A stretch of 64,000 bases of DNA from the NCBI RefSeq assembly GCF_009914755.1, contig NC_060929.1; one strand, written 5' to 3'. Below the pieces are notes generated by a model that was given only the letters and a program-made list of their open reading frames with translations, made no database searches and was not told the origin of the DNA. The DNA is from the human T2T-CHM13v2.0 reference genome, Homo sapiens. This document shows, piece after piece, positions 28,181-46,925 of the stretch (position 1 is its first letter; the number at the start of each line of letters is the position of its first letter). The translations under genes and the position numbers were made by a program.

Positions 28181-28463
28181 CAGTACTTGTTCCTGAGCTA
28201 CTTTTCATGTAAGCATAAAGATAAATATACTAAATTCATTTCCACAGAGGGACAAATGACTAATATATAGTATAGGGAGAGAAATGTGTGTCCTTGAGAA
28301 AATTAAATTGAGCTGTACACTATAACATAGATGCTAAAAGCATAATGATAGCAAAAATACTTAAAACACATGTATTATGAATCAATACAACCAAACATTA
28401 AAATAAGGATCTCCTAGATAAATTGAATGTTAACAACAGTTTGTTGCTTAATTGAAAAAATAA

Positions 28464-28887
<424 letters not shown>

Positions 28888-30459
28888 GGATTTTTTTCTT
28901 TCTTTGAATATGAGGTCATTGCTTGGAATTTCACTTAGACTTCTTTTCTGTTTCATTATAAACTGTATTATACATAATATTCAGCTTATTTTCTTTAGAG
29001 CAAGAATTTTTTTAAAATTCTACATCAGTGCAATCATAAAAAAGTCTTCTAGATTTGCATGTTTTCCCCCCAAATTCATAGATGTCTTTCTCACATTAAT
29101 GTGTTTTTGGAATTTTCAAAATTTCAAATTTAGTTGTTAAAAAATACTTACTCTTACCTATAATGTATACATACATAACAATTAAATTATATCAATCCAA
29201 AACAGGTACATATGGCATATATACATTTGGGATTAAAATATCCACTTCTTGATAAATATGTAATACATAATCGCATTTGGTGGGTGAAGTAGCATTAGCA
29301 GGAAGTACATTATGGACTGTGACATTCAATACCCTATGGACACCAGTATATTTTATAGGGAAAATTAGACTATGTGCTAATCTGTTGATAGGATAAATGA
29401 TGACCAGTTAATAGAGCTTCTGCTGCATGCTACTGATGGATACATATGTAGGTAGTGAATAAATGAATATACTGAATATATAGAGATAAGATTCATGAGA
29501 GTGTCTGCTTCTTTATAAGGCAAATTCATATATTCAGGGACCAAAAAGAGAAAGCTCAACTGTTTTACTAATTTTGAGTTTTCAAAAGAAGAAAAATAAT
29601 AAAACAAATATGGAAAAATGTCAATATTCTAAAATTATAGTTAGTGAGAACATGGATTTTTAAAATTCTATGTTCTTAATTTTCACCAAAAGAAAAAAAA
29701 AAAGAAAATCTAAATCACTCATAAACCTACTATTTGGAGATTAAACATAATTAAAGTTTTGGAATATATTCCTTTTATGTTAGAGACAATTTTTAAAGAA
29801 TACATTTTGTTTTTCTCACTTTGTATTACATAGATTATATTTTTCTCATGCCATTGTAGGTCATTAAAACTTAATTTTAAATTTTACTTGGTTACTAGCT
29901 CAAGAAAGTTTCCCTTAAAGCACAAATGACACGATAACAGAAACAAGATTTTACTGTCCTTAAAATTGACATCAGGCAAGGAGAATCCTGAGAAACCCAT
30001 GGGTAAACAAAGTCATTTATGAATCAAAACTCAGGTGCCATTCCTAAGAGACAGGACTGTAAGTCTTACAAGATTCGTATTATCTGGCCATGAATTTGTA
30101 GGACTATTTCCAAAGTAGTTAAGGTAATATGTTGTAAAGACCTCGCTAAATCTTTACATCATCTGCATGCAAGAGCGCAAACTATCTCCAAAGAGTCCAT
30201 TCCAATCCCCACCACTCTAGCAACAAGTTACAGTTTTTACTAATCATACTTATTATATTCATGATTTTAATTAGTGAGGTAGAAAAATGGTAATTAAGAT
30301 ATGAGTAATAAAAATGATTATAATAGTCATGCCTCTAGTGGGGACTATCTAATATAATGTGATCTGACTTCCTATGTAGTGTGGATGATCAGGGCATTTC
30401 ACTGCCCCTAGATGTGAAGCTTAAACTACAGTAAACTAACAGTTAATTCACCTTCTCTT

Positions 30460-31080
30460 TTACACAGACATTATATTATTTCCAATTACAAACAATGCTC
30501 CAATGACAACCTTGCTCAAATGTATTTTCATCATATAAGAAAGGCATCTTCAGGTTAGATTTCTAAAAATAAGATTTCTGGGGCAAAAGTTCAGTTCCTA
30601 AGTAGTTTTGTTAGGTATTGTCAAATTCCCTCCAGAAAGGTTGTGCCAGTTTGCATTTCTACCAGTAATACGGAATATGCGTGATAGCACAGCGTCACCA
30701 ACCATGTTTTCACACTTATAAAATTGTTCCAATATGATGCTAAGAAGTAGTATCACATTGTTGTTTTAACTGTATTTATTTAAATATGAGTAAGTTTTTA
30801 AATGTTTTCATATTTTCAAAATCTATTTTTATACCTTTATATTAAATTGCCCATGCAAATTTTTTCTTTTGTTTGCAATCAAAGTTTTCTTCCTCTTTAG
30901 ATTTCAGGCCACATGTAATGCTTGTATGGTTTCATTTTTACATTTATATTTCTAATCTAACAAAATTTTTTCTTTGCACACAATGTGAGATATGGTTTCT
31001 TTTCATACTACAAATGATGATAAAGTTACCCAAGCATTTTAATAAAAATCTGTTGTTGACATCTGCTATCTGTTCAGATT
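30460..31080 (-). mobile_element. Old L1ME fragment
   Basis: 'gtattgtcaaattccctccagaaaggttgtgccagtttgcatttctaccagtaat' is antisense L1 ORF2 3' region. Confidence 0.65.
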
Positions 31081-31796
31081 TGTAGACACCTAGAAAGAGT
31101 ATTGCTTATAATCTTACAAGGAAAAAAAAGTCAAACTATAAATTCACAACTTTCCTTAAACCTGAAATTGCAGAACAATGAACTGGCCTGAAATCTAAAG
31201 ATATGCCTGCAGGAAGAGACTAAACACAAGTAATGGCCTCTGAGGACATTGGATACTGAGCAGAAGATTGGTGGACATCAGGAGTGGATTGGTGAGGGAG
31301 CGTGAGGCCCCTGGAGGCTACAGAAATTGGGAAAGTCCATATCCTCTTGAGAGTTTTCTCCATGAACCCCATCAAGTACTCACAAAATTTATTGGATAAA
31401 GCCATAGGAAAAGGTCCTTTATGGTGTAGACCTAAAGAACAGATGCTATGGTAGGATGGGCATGCAATTCCATTTGTATTTTTCTCCACTGTCTCCCTTC
31501 TGAAACATAAGCTTTAACATGTGGAGGTAAAACCAACAAACATTGTCACCATTAGGGCACTGAAGTAAACATACTGCATCTGAATGAAGAAAATCAATCA
31601 ATCAAACAAACAAACAAAAATTTCCCCTGGAGGAGGGATAAAAATACAATGTGGGCTGGGAAATACACCTGCAAAGGGGCAGAAGCACTGAGAATAGATA
31701 GCTGAGACACAGGGGCTTTGTGCTTGTCCAAGATAAAACTTAAATTAGAAAAGAGTGAATTCTCTTCTCAACACCAGGCTAACAAAAGTTGGATAC

Positions 31797-32224
31797 TGTA
31801 TTATTCAGTGTTATCCAGAGCAACAGAGCCTGCAGAGTCTGTACATATAGAGAGAGTTTTATTTTAAGCTATTGGCTCACACGATTTATAGAGACTGGCA
31901 AGTCCACAATCTGCAGTTCAATTTTGAAGGCCATCAAGCTGGAGACTTAGGGAAGAGCAGATGTTGAGGTTCAAGTCTGCAGGCTATTTGCTGGCAGCAC
32001 TCCCCCTTGCTCTGGGGCAGGTCAGTCTTTTGTTCTATTCAGTCCTTCAACTGATTGGATGAGGCTCCCCACAGAATGGAGGGAAATCTGCTTTACTCAA
32101 AGTCTACCAGTTTAAATGTTAAATCTCATCTATAATTATCCTCACCAAGACCTCCAGAATAATGTTTGACTATATATCTGGGTACCATAATCTAGACAAG
32201 TTGACACATAAAATTAACCATTAC
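31797..32224 (-). mobile_element. MLT2 (ERVL) solo LTR
   Basis: 'ttggctcacacgattt...ggcaagtccacaatctgcag...caagttgacacataaaattaaccattac'; flanks gatac/aatac resemble a 5 bp TSD. Confidence 0.85.
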
Positions 32225-33262
32225 TAATACCAATGTATAGATATACTGCCAAAGGTAGACAATATACAAACAAACAAGCACAGAAACACATTTTCTTAAA
32301 ATCCTGGAGTAAATAAAATCCCACTTTAGGCAAAAGATATTTTTAGAAGAACCTGCCCCTTGTGGTGCATTGAAAGTAATTATGGTAAAAACCAACCTTA
32401 ATTCAAGCCCAACCCCTAATTAGATCGGCTCAAACCCCTACACTAGAAACATAACAAACAATAACAAAAATGGCATAAAAACTGAGCAGGACTAAAGCAG
32501 TAACACATTTCAAACCCAGTCTAACTTCCAACTAAATTAACTCCAACAACTGTATTAAAGCCCTAAAGGAAGGAAAAGCATGGCCAGGTTTAGGAAGAAA
32601 ATAGCTTTATTCCATCCCCACTTTCCTACACAGGATGTCCAGCTTTTGATAAAACCAATAAGATAAGGAAATATAAGAATGATTAAACAAAATATTCCCA
32701 AGACACAAAGCAAACATCGAAGCTAGCCACAGATGTGACATAGGGGAGATCTAGCAATGTCTGCTAATGTTTTTCAGTTGCTTCTCCTCTGCTTCACGTA
32801 GCACTGTGAGTGAAGCTTCTCAGAATTCTCCCCAATCTTGGTGGGGTTCCTGAAAGATTATCTTGCCACTGGGTAAAACCACTTTTTTCGTATCTGTGGT
32901 CCCAGAATCATCATAATTACACATTAGCCAAAAACTGGCCTTTAGCAATTCATTGAAAATTTATAGTTTAATCTTCTTCCTAGCTTATATAGCACTTAAG
33001 GGATATAATGGCACTCAGTGATGTCTTTCCAGGAATGGAAATGCTCAGATCCTCTTTCTTCCTGCATGTGCTTGTCTCTCATATTTCAAGTTACTTGCTT
33101 GCCCAGCTACCTGAGTTTTCGAATGAATTAAGGTAAAGTTCTTAACTTGTCTAGCTTTTCCTTGTAAGTGTAGAGTGGTGCTCTTTGAAGTTCTACATCT
33201 TGAACTAAAAGCAGGATTTATTTAATTACATTTTTTAATGTTGGATACAAAATTCTACATGG

Positions 33263-33358
33263 AGCCTAAGGTGGTGGCATGCGAGGCTGAGGTGGGAGGA
33301 TGATGTGAACCCAGGAATCTGAGTCCAGCCTGGTCAATATAGCAAGACCCTTTCTCTG
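33263..33358 (+). mobile_element. Old Alu monomer (FLAM/FAM-like)
   Basis: 'ggtggtggcatgcgaggctgaggtgggaggatgatgtgaacccaggaatctgagtccagcctggtcaatatagcaagaccc' plus an A-run. Confidence 0.7.
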
Positions 33359-33370
33359 AAAAAAAATTCT

Positions 33371-35150
<1,780 letters not shown>

Positions 35151-35691
35151 TAATGTCAATTATTTTCCTTTTGTTTGTGTTATTAAAATTTTGTTCTTGG
35201 GCATGAGATTGCTTGTTACCTGAATTTGTTATATTATCGCTATCTCATGCTGCTTTCTGTCATTAAGTTTTGGTGATTTTCAGCTGAATGCATATTTTAT
35301 ATTTTTAACCTGTTCATAGACACTTATTGGTTTACAGTACAGTTTTCCTTTGCTGCTCATTACTGGAGGTGATATATGTATGTGTGGAGAGGTGAAGACT
35401 GGGGCTTATGCCAAAGATGATATATTCCATCTTACCTCCAATGCTTATGAGTTCACTGCTGAAGAGTGTACTTGACTATTTAATCATTTAGAATCTTGTT
35501 TTTCTCATGACTGCCAAATATAACCAAGCCTATGAGTGAGTTCTTGTCCTCTTAACCACAAATCTAAGTCATTGCTCATGACAGACAGAATAAACCTATT
35601 CTTATATCCTTGTTCTGGGAGGAGTTGGGCACTGAAAAAGGATTGACTTGTGAGAATGATCTTATTATTTAAAAAACAAATTGTTAGTTTC

Positions 35692-36153
35692 TGTAGTGGG
35701 CTCAACATTGGTCCCCCTATAAGATATATCCACATCCTCATTCCTGGAATCTATAAATATTATCTTATTTGGAAAATGGGTATACAAGGTGTAATTATGT
35801 TCAGAATTTTTAGATGATGATATAATTCTGAATTATCCTGAATATATCTACAAGTGTCCTTAGACACAGACAGAAGAGGACACAGATACACACAGGAGAC
35901 AGTAATGTAAAGCCATAGGCAGAGATTGAAGTAATGTGGCTACAGCCAAGAAATGTTAAGGAATGCTGACAGCTACCAGAAGCTGGAAGAGGCCAGGACC
36001 GTATTCTTCCCTACAGCCTTTGGAGGAAGTGCAGCCCTGCCAATACCTTGATTTTGAACTTCTGGTATCCACAACTATGAGAGAGTGTATTTCTGTGGTT
36101 TTAAGCCCCCATGGTTGGAGTAATTTATTATGGCATCCGTAGAAAACACTTAC
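35692..36153 (+). mobile_element. MaLR LTR (MLT1B/C)
   Basis: 'tgtagtgggc...tatccacatcctcattcctggaatc...ccagaagctggaagaggc...ctgccaataccttgattttgaacttctgg...ttttaagcc'. Confidence 0.88.
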
Positions 36154-36173
36154 CTTCCTCTCTCTGGAAGATA

Positions 36174-36554
36174 TTGTTACCAAAACACCAGGGGTTTAGT
36201 CTAGGTTCTTCTGTTCCCCACACAGAGTGCCCAATGACTGAGACAATGATTATTGACAAGGAAGAAGGCTTTAATTGGGTGCTGCAGTCAAAGAGATGGG
36301 AGATCAGTCTCAAATCCATCTCCCTGGCCAATTAAAATGAGGAGTTTTTATAGTAGGGAAGAAATGTAGCTATCTATTGGAAAATAGGAACTTGGGATGG
36401 GTAAGGAAACAATCATAATGAATGAGGGGCCTGGCATCTCATTGTCTGGATGTGGTGAGTTTCAAGCTTTAAGACCAGAATGGTCAATTTCTATGTTTAT
36501 CAAAACAAACGAACAAAAAAAACACCTGTCTATGAGACTACTGGGTCAGTTTCA
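36174..36554 (-). mobile_element. ERV1 solo LTR (LTR26-like)
   Basis: TG..CA block 'tgttaccaaaacaccaggggtttagtctagg...gaagaaggctttaattgggtgctgcag...tgggtcagtttca'. Confidence 0.65.
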
Positions 36555-38873
36555 ATATCACTTCTAGTTTTTTAATTTTATGAACTTTTTTTTCAGTTTA
36601 CTGTCCTATTAGTTTGAGAATTTTGTTAACTTCTTTACTATTATTCAGTCCACTTTCCACCTTCACAGATACCTCATGAAATCTGGTTCACTAAGCCTTA
36701 CATAGAGACAGAGGAGTGATAATGTTCAATCCACTAACAAACTAATCTCCATCATACTCTTATTATACTAATTCTAACTAATTTAATTAAACAATTAATA
36801 CATTAAAACAAAATTTGTTAGAAGCACTTTTAATTTTTATTTTCAATATTTGCTCAATTTAACTTTGGTTCATTTTACTTTTGGTTGAATCAAATGAACC
36901 TGTTGGTTTATTTTACTTTTGGTTATTATAAAGGCATAAAATAAACACTACAACTAATTTTTTATTGCAGTATACCTTCTTTTTTATTTGTAATTCATAT
37001 TCAAGTTACTGAAAATATGTATAATAAAATGAAAAATGTAGATATTAAAGAACATTGTGGATAAATGTGATAGATATCTGGTTATCAACTTAAGAAATAT
37101 GTCTGGAAAGTGAGATCTAATGTAATTGATATAAAAATATTAGCAGATAGCATTAAAGTTTACTCATATTACCTTAATTGCTGATGCAAAAACAATGGAT
37201 AAAAATTAAAGCAGTAAGTTATTTTCACAAATTCTAGGGGAATTTGCATTTTTTAGACCTTTTTAAAATTTCATTTTATACACTGGAGTTTTGAGGTCTT
37301 TGGTTTTTAAACACATGACAGATAGTCATTAGCCTAAGAAAAATGTGCTCTTCAACTATAACAGGGTGTATTGCACACTCTGAGATTTATCATCATCTAC
37401 TGGTATTTTACACTTCTGTTAGAGGTTTAAAGTGTGGTTATTAACACTTGTATTATAAACTTTGAAGAAGCCCCTAGGGTACTTCATCAGTTAGGCAAGT
37501 TGAAATAGTAAATAATTCAATTGCTGGGATAGAAAAGACAAGCTCCTTTCATAGACTTTAAGAATCGAAACAAAATTGTTGTCCTCATGTTAGAAGTTTA
37601 AGTCTCATAATTAAGCTCCTCGCCCTATGACCATGGATGCTGATTGTCCAGTTGATGTTGAAAGCAGCTGCTGATTCATAAGATCCAGGTGGCACAGAGT
37701 GGAGTCCTATAATGAAAACTGGTAAAAGACTCTGCCTGCTTCAGGGTATTAAAACCATACACTAACATAAATTAATGATTCATAACTATTCTAAATGGTT
37801 AAATGTGTAAAAAGTAACAGTTTTAATATGAAAAAATGATTGTGATTATGCTATTCTCTGGCCCTTTTCTTAACCCTTGGGGATTTCCATAAAAGCTACA
37901 GAGATATTGTTAAGTGAAAGTTTATAATCACTTCAGCAGAGATAGAGAATAAAATTCCATTAGCCCTATTACAAAAAAGGCTTTATGCCACATTAGAATG
38001 AATTAACACGCTTTAAAATTGAACTTCAAAGAACTTGTTTTTGAGAAGTATAAGTTCATTAAACAAACATTTGGCAATCTTAACTGTAAATACTTTCCTG
38101 ATAAATTTTAATTATTCTGGAAAAACATGCTTATGGACAATTTTCCTAGAAGCCTGGAGCTTCTCATATATAGTGGTCAAGGACACACAAATAAACCTCA
38201 TTTCATAAAGTTACTACTTGAAAAACTGGAATAGATGATAGATATCAACTGTTGAAAATTGAACATGAAAGTCTCTACACATAGATCATTGAATTTTACA
38301 TTTCCTTTTATTACAAAAATAAGAAACCCTAACTGAATCCTTACTTGAGGCATATTATAGTAACTTAGAAATTAATTCCACACAACAGCTCCTAAGTTTT
38401 AGGCATCAGTAGGTCTTAATCTGACAGGTCACATACATGATTTTGCCCCTGGTACTCCAATTTTCTTCCTAGCTGGAGTTAATACAGTGTAGCAGCTTTA
38501 CGCTAGCAATAAGTCCATAATGAGCTTGGTAATGAGGTTCCAGTAGGTGAGCTGTGCTACACTAGCTCTCATGTATCTAAACCAAACATACAGGTCAACG
38601 CTGGTGTTTTGCTGTGCCCAGTGCTCCTTTCTGCCTGCTGTTTATGCAGCTAATAGTCCTTTCAGACTTTGTATTTCTCTAGTCCCCAAACTGACTGTTG
38701 CTCATCTAAGTGCTTTAGTCTTCAATATATTTTGCAGCTCCCCATGGGCTATAAATACTTAAAATGAAGCTTAGATGTGGGAACATTTACAAATAAACCC
38801 CAAGTTAAAGTTTTATATTTCGTTTTTCAAATATGAGAGAGCTGTTTACAGACTTGCAATATAGACTGTAGAT

Positions 38874-39381
38874 CAGGAGGCCCCATCCGCCAGGCCACAG
38901 ACTGGTACTGGTCTGTGGCCTGTTAAGAACTCTGCTAGGTAAGCCGAGCGAGAGAAGCTTCCTCTGTATTTACAGCCACTCCCCATTACTTGCACTACTG
39001 ACTGAGCTCCACCTCCAAGTCAGATCAGCAGTGACATTAGATTCTCACAGGAGTGTGAACCTTACTGTGAACTGCACATGTGAGGGATCTAGATTGCATG
39101 CTCTTTATGAGAACCTAATGCCTGATGAACTGTCACTGTCTCCCATCATCCCCAGATAGGACCGTCTAATTGCAGGAAAACAAGCTCAGGGATCTCACTG
39201 ATTCTACATTATAGTGAGCTGTAAAATTATTTCATTATATATTGCAATGTAATAATAATATAAAGTGCACAATAAATGTAATGCACTTGAATCGTCTCGA
39301 AACCATCCCCCAACCCTGGTCTGTTGAAAAATTGTCTTTCAAGAAACCAGTCCCTGGTGCCAAAAAGGTTGGGGACCGCTG
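38874..39381 (+). mobile_element. MER1A (hAT-Charlie), near full length
   Basis: TIRs 'caggaggccccat' / 'gttggggaccgctg'; typical interior 'cagatcagcagtgacattagattctcacaggag'; 8 bp TSD ctgtagat/atgtagac. Confidence 0.92.
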
Positions 39382-41011
39382 ATGTAGACCATATGTCAGA
39401 AATTACATGCTTGTTGTGTAGTAAAAAATCGTTAAGTGTTGATGATAGTTTATTGTTATCATAGTTATATTACAGGATTAGTGCTATTTAGATATTTAAT
39501 ATTTAAAGAGCTTAATAGATTAATGATATTTTTAGAAAGATAATGTTATTAGCACTTTTTGATAATATAATCATAAGTATTTATCATTTCGATAGACTTT
39601 AAAGTTTGTAAATAGACTTTTCATTAACATTGTTATATATAGTAGAATTGGGGGAGTTTATTTTAGCAAAAATTGGCTGAAATACTTGTATTTTTTATCA
39701 TAAAGATTTTGTAATGCTAAAAAATAATGTGTTCCAACTAAGCTTTCTTTTATTCTTAATTACGAGTTCATTGTAGCTTTTGTTATTTTTGGTTTTAATA
39801 CCTTTTTTGCTAACCATTTTTATACAATTTCTTCTAATAATTTATTCAATTTCTTCTTTTTTAATGCTCAATTGCTTTAATATTCCACTCTTATGCTAGT
39901 TTCTCTGCTACTCTAAGTATCTTATGTAGTCAATTAATTAATTTAAAAATCTATGTCAGCAAAGCATAAAGTGTAGAACAATTTAACCAAATGCAATTAA
40001 AAAATAACTAGGCATGCCACTAAATCTACAGTTGATAATAGGATGAGAAAAATGCACAATAGATGCTGACATGGAAGTTAGATGAAAACTTTGAATGGCA
40101 CGTAAACCACAAAGGTGCATTTTCATTTCACAAGCAAAGTCTCATTTGGAATTACACAGCAGAGCTCATTTTTATGTAATACATCATATTGCATAGAATT
40201 GTTTTCACACTGATTTCCATGATTCTTTTCAACATTCTTTTTAGACTCATCAGTGCACATACTCTCAAAGAATCTGGTTAAACTTGTCTTATCTAAAATT
40301 CTAATGTTACTTGAAATAAAGTGGAAAGAACAACTCTGTGTTTACACTTCAAACTGTGTCTTAAAGTACACCCCAAAGCTAGTTGTTCCATATTGTAATA
40401 CACAGGTTTTGCTTCAGAGGCTGATTACTTTTATTGATTAACATTGCATTTGATTTATTAGCTTTTGCCTGCTTAGAGAATGCCTGATTTTTTTCAGGAA
40501 TAAGGTGAAGCTTATTGAAAAACACTTGCCAAACTGTGTCTATTAAAGCATAACAAAAAAGAAGTTGCTTCCCTTCTAGTTCAATATGGCTGAATGAGCA
40601 GTTGGATGAACAAATAAAAATCTTTGTTCTGGAAATACTAAGTATAAGCTAAACTGTAAACCCTACAATTATGTGTGTGTGCGTGTGTGTGTATACACTA
40701 TGGTAGTGATGCTCATAGAATCTAAAAAATGTAGCATTTAAGATAGGCTGGGAAAATAATCATGTAGAAAAATTGCAGTTATTTTGTCTTTTTTAGGTTG
40801 ACAAATTTGCAGCTTCGATTGCTATTTTTCTACATTCTTACATATTTTTCAGTCTATATATTTAGAAAAAGCTATGTATAAAGATAATAGCATCCAACAA
40901 AATCTGTGTTGTTCTAATGCATAACTGAAATTTTCAACTGTGTAATTACTATAAAGGAAACTGTGTGTCTTTAAAATCACTTCAGAGAGGAATATAAATT
41001 GAGTTTCAGAA

Positions 41012-41046
41012 GACAGTGCAAGACTCCGTCTCAAAAAAAAAAAAAA
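41012..41046 (+). mobile_element. Isolated Alu 3' terminus (21 nt + A14)
   Basis: 'gacagtgcaagactccgtctc' followed by a poly(A) run, with no upstream Alu body. Confidence 0.8.
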
Positions 41047-41629
41047 GATATGTTAGTTTAATTTGTACAAGGTTATAAAAACAGTAAGAAGTATGGACAG
41101 GACTCCTAATACCCATGCAATTAACGAGTTATTTTTACAAGTGATAGCATACCTAATATAAGTACCCCACACTATCAATAGGCAGTGAATTACAAGGGAC
41201 ACTATTACAAAATTGTGTTGTATGTCTTCTATAAGGTGATGATTGTCTATTATCTTCCAATTAGAACAGTTATAGTCTCTGAGAAAGAATTTACAGAATC
41301 AATACAAAAACAGCAACAGCAATTATATCTCCATGTACAGGTAAAAAAATAACTCTTTTCAGTTAAAAGATCAAAGAAAATTATAAATTAGATTTACAAT
41401 GAAAGGGAATGGACACGTACACTGATCCAAATGATTTGGAAAATAAAATCTTAATAAATAATTATTGGTAAAGAATGTAGAAAGAAGTCAGATATCAGTA
41501 TCTTCAAAATATTTAAATATCAATTTTTTTAAGCTGGGAAAAAACCCACAAAACAGGCTAACATACATACTTACCCGTATTAGGAAAAGAATTTAAGGGC
41601 AATTTGATACTGTGAATATTGCAAACAAG

Positions 41630-43450
<1,821 letters not shown>

Positions 43451-43469
43451 AATTTCTGACTTAAATCTT

Positions 43470-43890
43470 TTATGAGGCTGTATTCAGAAATCATCCAGGG
43501 TTAGAATTATATGAAGGCTGAAATGGGGCTGGATGATTTGATATCAAGGTGAATCACTCCCACAGGCTTGAGAGTTGGTATTGATTGTTGATTAAATACT
43601 TCAGTTGTTCTTGATAGGTTCTCTCTATGAGACAGCTGGAGTGTTGTCATAGAATGACAATTGGATTATTCTAGACTGAACAAAGCAGGAGTCTAAAGGC
43701 TTATCTTTTATGGCTGGCATGCCTTTTGTGGCTTGTTCTTAGAAGTCACACACCATCATATATACAGTATTCTATCGGTCACAAGGGCAACCCTTGTTTC
43801 AGTGTAGAAGTGGACTACGTAAGGACATAATACCATTATGGTATTATGGCAAGAATCATTGTGTTCTATGTTTCAGGCTGGCTCCCAGAT
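43470..43890 (-). mobile_element. MaLR LTR (MLT1-type), degenerate
   Basis: 'ttagaagtcacacaccatc...tattctatcggtcacaaggg' is an antisense MLT1 motif. Confidence 0.6.
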
Positions 43891-45712
43891 GTATCTAAAA
43901 AATGAAAGCAAGGAACAAAAAACTTTGCTATGATTTATAATTGGAAAAATGCAAATTAAACTACACTGTGGTTTAATTTCTCACTTTTCACCTATCAGAT
44001 TAGTACAAAATTGTATGATGACAGTCTGAGCGTGAATCTGTGGATAAAACATTGCTCATATGCAATTCTAACTGGAGAGAAATCTGGCAATATCCCACAA
44101 AAGCACATTAACATTTAACCTTTGGCCCAGCAAACCTATTTCTATGAATTAAGGCTAATGATACATCAACAACAACTAAAATATTCATGTAGTATTATGT
44201 GTAACTAAAAGAAGATAAAGGAAAAATAAAACACTATGCCCATAAACAGAACAGTGAATGAATAAATTAATACATCCATATAATGAAGCATTTTGTATCT
44301 GGGAAAAGTGGTAAAGATCTCCTTTTATAAGCAGTATGTGGCCCTGATTCATTATTTTTCTACAGAACAGACATTTTTCATTTTTTTAGAATATTTACAT
44401 TTAAATGCAGAAGTGATATTGGCTTACAGTAGTAAGATTAGCCAGTTTGATATTGAGATTTTTCTAGTCTTTTAATAATGGCTTGAAGAGCTTTTTATTT
44501 TTGCCTGTGCTTCAAAACAATATCTGTCCCTTATAGGTTTTAAAAAATGAACGTTATAGATATCTGATAGGATTTTTTAAGATTTGCGTTTCCCTTGTTA
44601 GACAAGAGTTTTTTTTTTTTCTTGTTTTTCTTTCAGGAAAAGGTTTTATTAAATTTCCTGCTGGAAAGGCCTTTGGTATGTTATTGTGTTTATTTTATTG
44701 AAAATTTCCTTTTTGATTGCTTTTTCATCAGGGAATGATATATTTCTATTTCAGCAAACTTATTGATGTTCTCTATCATGTAATATATAGCCATTTTAAA
44801 ATATTGATGTACATTTGATAAGGTGACACATCCTCTATCAGCATGTATATCCAATGCATATTGTAAGTCTGTCTCATTTATCATCGTGTTTAATTCTTCT
44901 ATGTCTCCATTGTTTGACTCCCCACTCTTATTCTTCTCTCTCCCACCTGAAAGTAACCACTATTCTACATTTTAGGAGTTTCCTCCTTATTCATGTTTTA
45001 TAATTACACTATAAATTTATTTATTATATGAGTTATAATTCATTTATTCATTATACAATTCATAAAATGTATAATAAATAGCCTTGTCCAAGTTTTCCTA
45101 TATAGATTGGTTAAAATTTTTCCAAGTTTTTCAAGATTTCCTGAAAGTAGAATGGCTGAGATATGCAGATTTAAATTTCATTAGAAGTGTAAATTATTAT
45201 TTATTTGTCCTATTTTATTTCCTTCATAAGGTAATAGTTCTAGCTGCAGTCAGACTTTAGAGTTATTTTTTTTTCATTTATTCCTATGTTGTTTGTAGTT
45301 ATAAAAGGGCATTGACACATTTAGTGTAATGATCTTTCAGAATGTGTATACTTTTAGAATTCTATTAGTTAAAGTTTCTATGTAGACATTGACTTTATTG
45401 ATATTCAATCCTAACTTTTGTGAATTTTATTTATTGCTTTCTAACTTTATACTATTTTTTGTTGTTTCATTATGTTAGCTAGAATCACCAACGAAATTTT
45501 GACTCGAAACTCTGGTAATTCCTATCTTAATCCTAATGTTTTAATCAGAATGAAAATGGTCCTAATATTTCAACATTAAATAATATGATTACTAGAGGTG
45601 TTATGTAGATGTTTTGGTTGGTTACCAAAAGTCCCTATTATTGGCATATTTTAAGTGTTTTTAATATGGACAAAGAGTAATAGTCTGTTAATATTCATAT
45701 GTATAGTAATAG

Positions 45713-46077
<365 letters not shown>

Positions 46078-46090
46078 CACAATGTATTCC

Positions 46091-46422
46091 TAATAGAGGC
46101 AGGAGGCAGACAAATGCCCAGGTAGATAAGGAAGGGTCCCTGGAGAATCTCCAACCTGCCCAAGTGTTACATCAAATGTTTTGTGCAGATAAGGGAACCT
46201 ACCCAGGGGGTTTTCCTAGGCATGCCTGCAGGGACTGGAGGGCCACATGCACTGAGGGAATGTGGTGGAGCCAACCTGCATGCAGGACCCCTCTCTTTTC
46301 CATTCACCCAATAAATTCTGCCCTCTTCACCCTTCAATGTGTCTATGTGCCCAATTTTTCCTGGTCGCGAGAAAAGAACCCGGATTTAGCTGAACTAAGG
46401 AGCAAAAAATTATCCTGCCTCT
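46091..46422 (+). mobile_element. ERV1 solo LTR, internally deleted (MER50/LTR27-28 group)
   Basis: 'aggcaggaggcagac...cagataagggaac...ccaataaattctgccctc...agctgaactaaggagcaaaa'. Confidence 0.55.
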
Positions 46423-46617
46423 ATCATTATTTTATTTGCACATTGATGAATTAAGTATACTCATATTTTAATGAATATATGACTGTTTCATACAGACTTT
46501 TTGGGAATATTGCTATCAACATTATAAACGATGTGAGAGGTTTAAGAAAAATTATATAAGATATGGCATATCATTTCCTTGAAGGTTTGGTATAATTCAT
46601 TTAAAAACTGTGCTGTT

Positions 46618-46925
46618 GGCCAGGCGCAGTGTCTCAAGCCTGTAATCCCAGCACTTTGTGAAGACAAGGCAGGTGGATCACTTGAGGTCAGGAGTATGAG
46701 ACCAGCCATGGTGAAACTCTGTCTCTACTAAAAATACAAAAATTAGTTGAGCATGTTGGCATGCACCAGTAACCCCAGCTACTTGGGAGGGTGAAGCAGG
46801 AGAATCACTTGAACCCGGATGCGGAGGTTGCAGTGAGCCGAGATTGCACCACTGCACACCAATCTAGGTGACAGAGTGAGAATCCATATAAAATAATAAT
46901 AATGAAATAAATAAATAAAAATAAA
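46618..46925 (+). mobile_element. Alu (AluS)
   Basis: Dimeric Alu with a small left-arm deletion; TSD-like 'aaaaactgtg(a)ctgt'. Confidence 0.93.
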
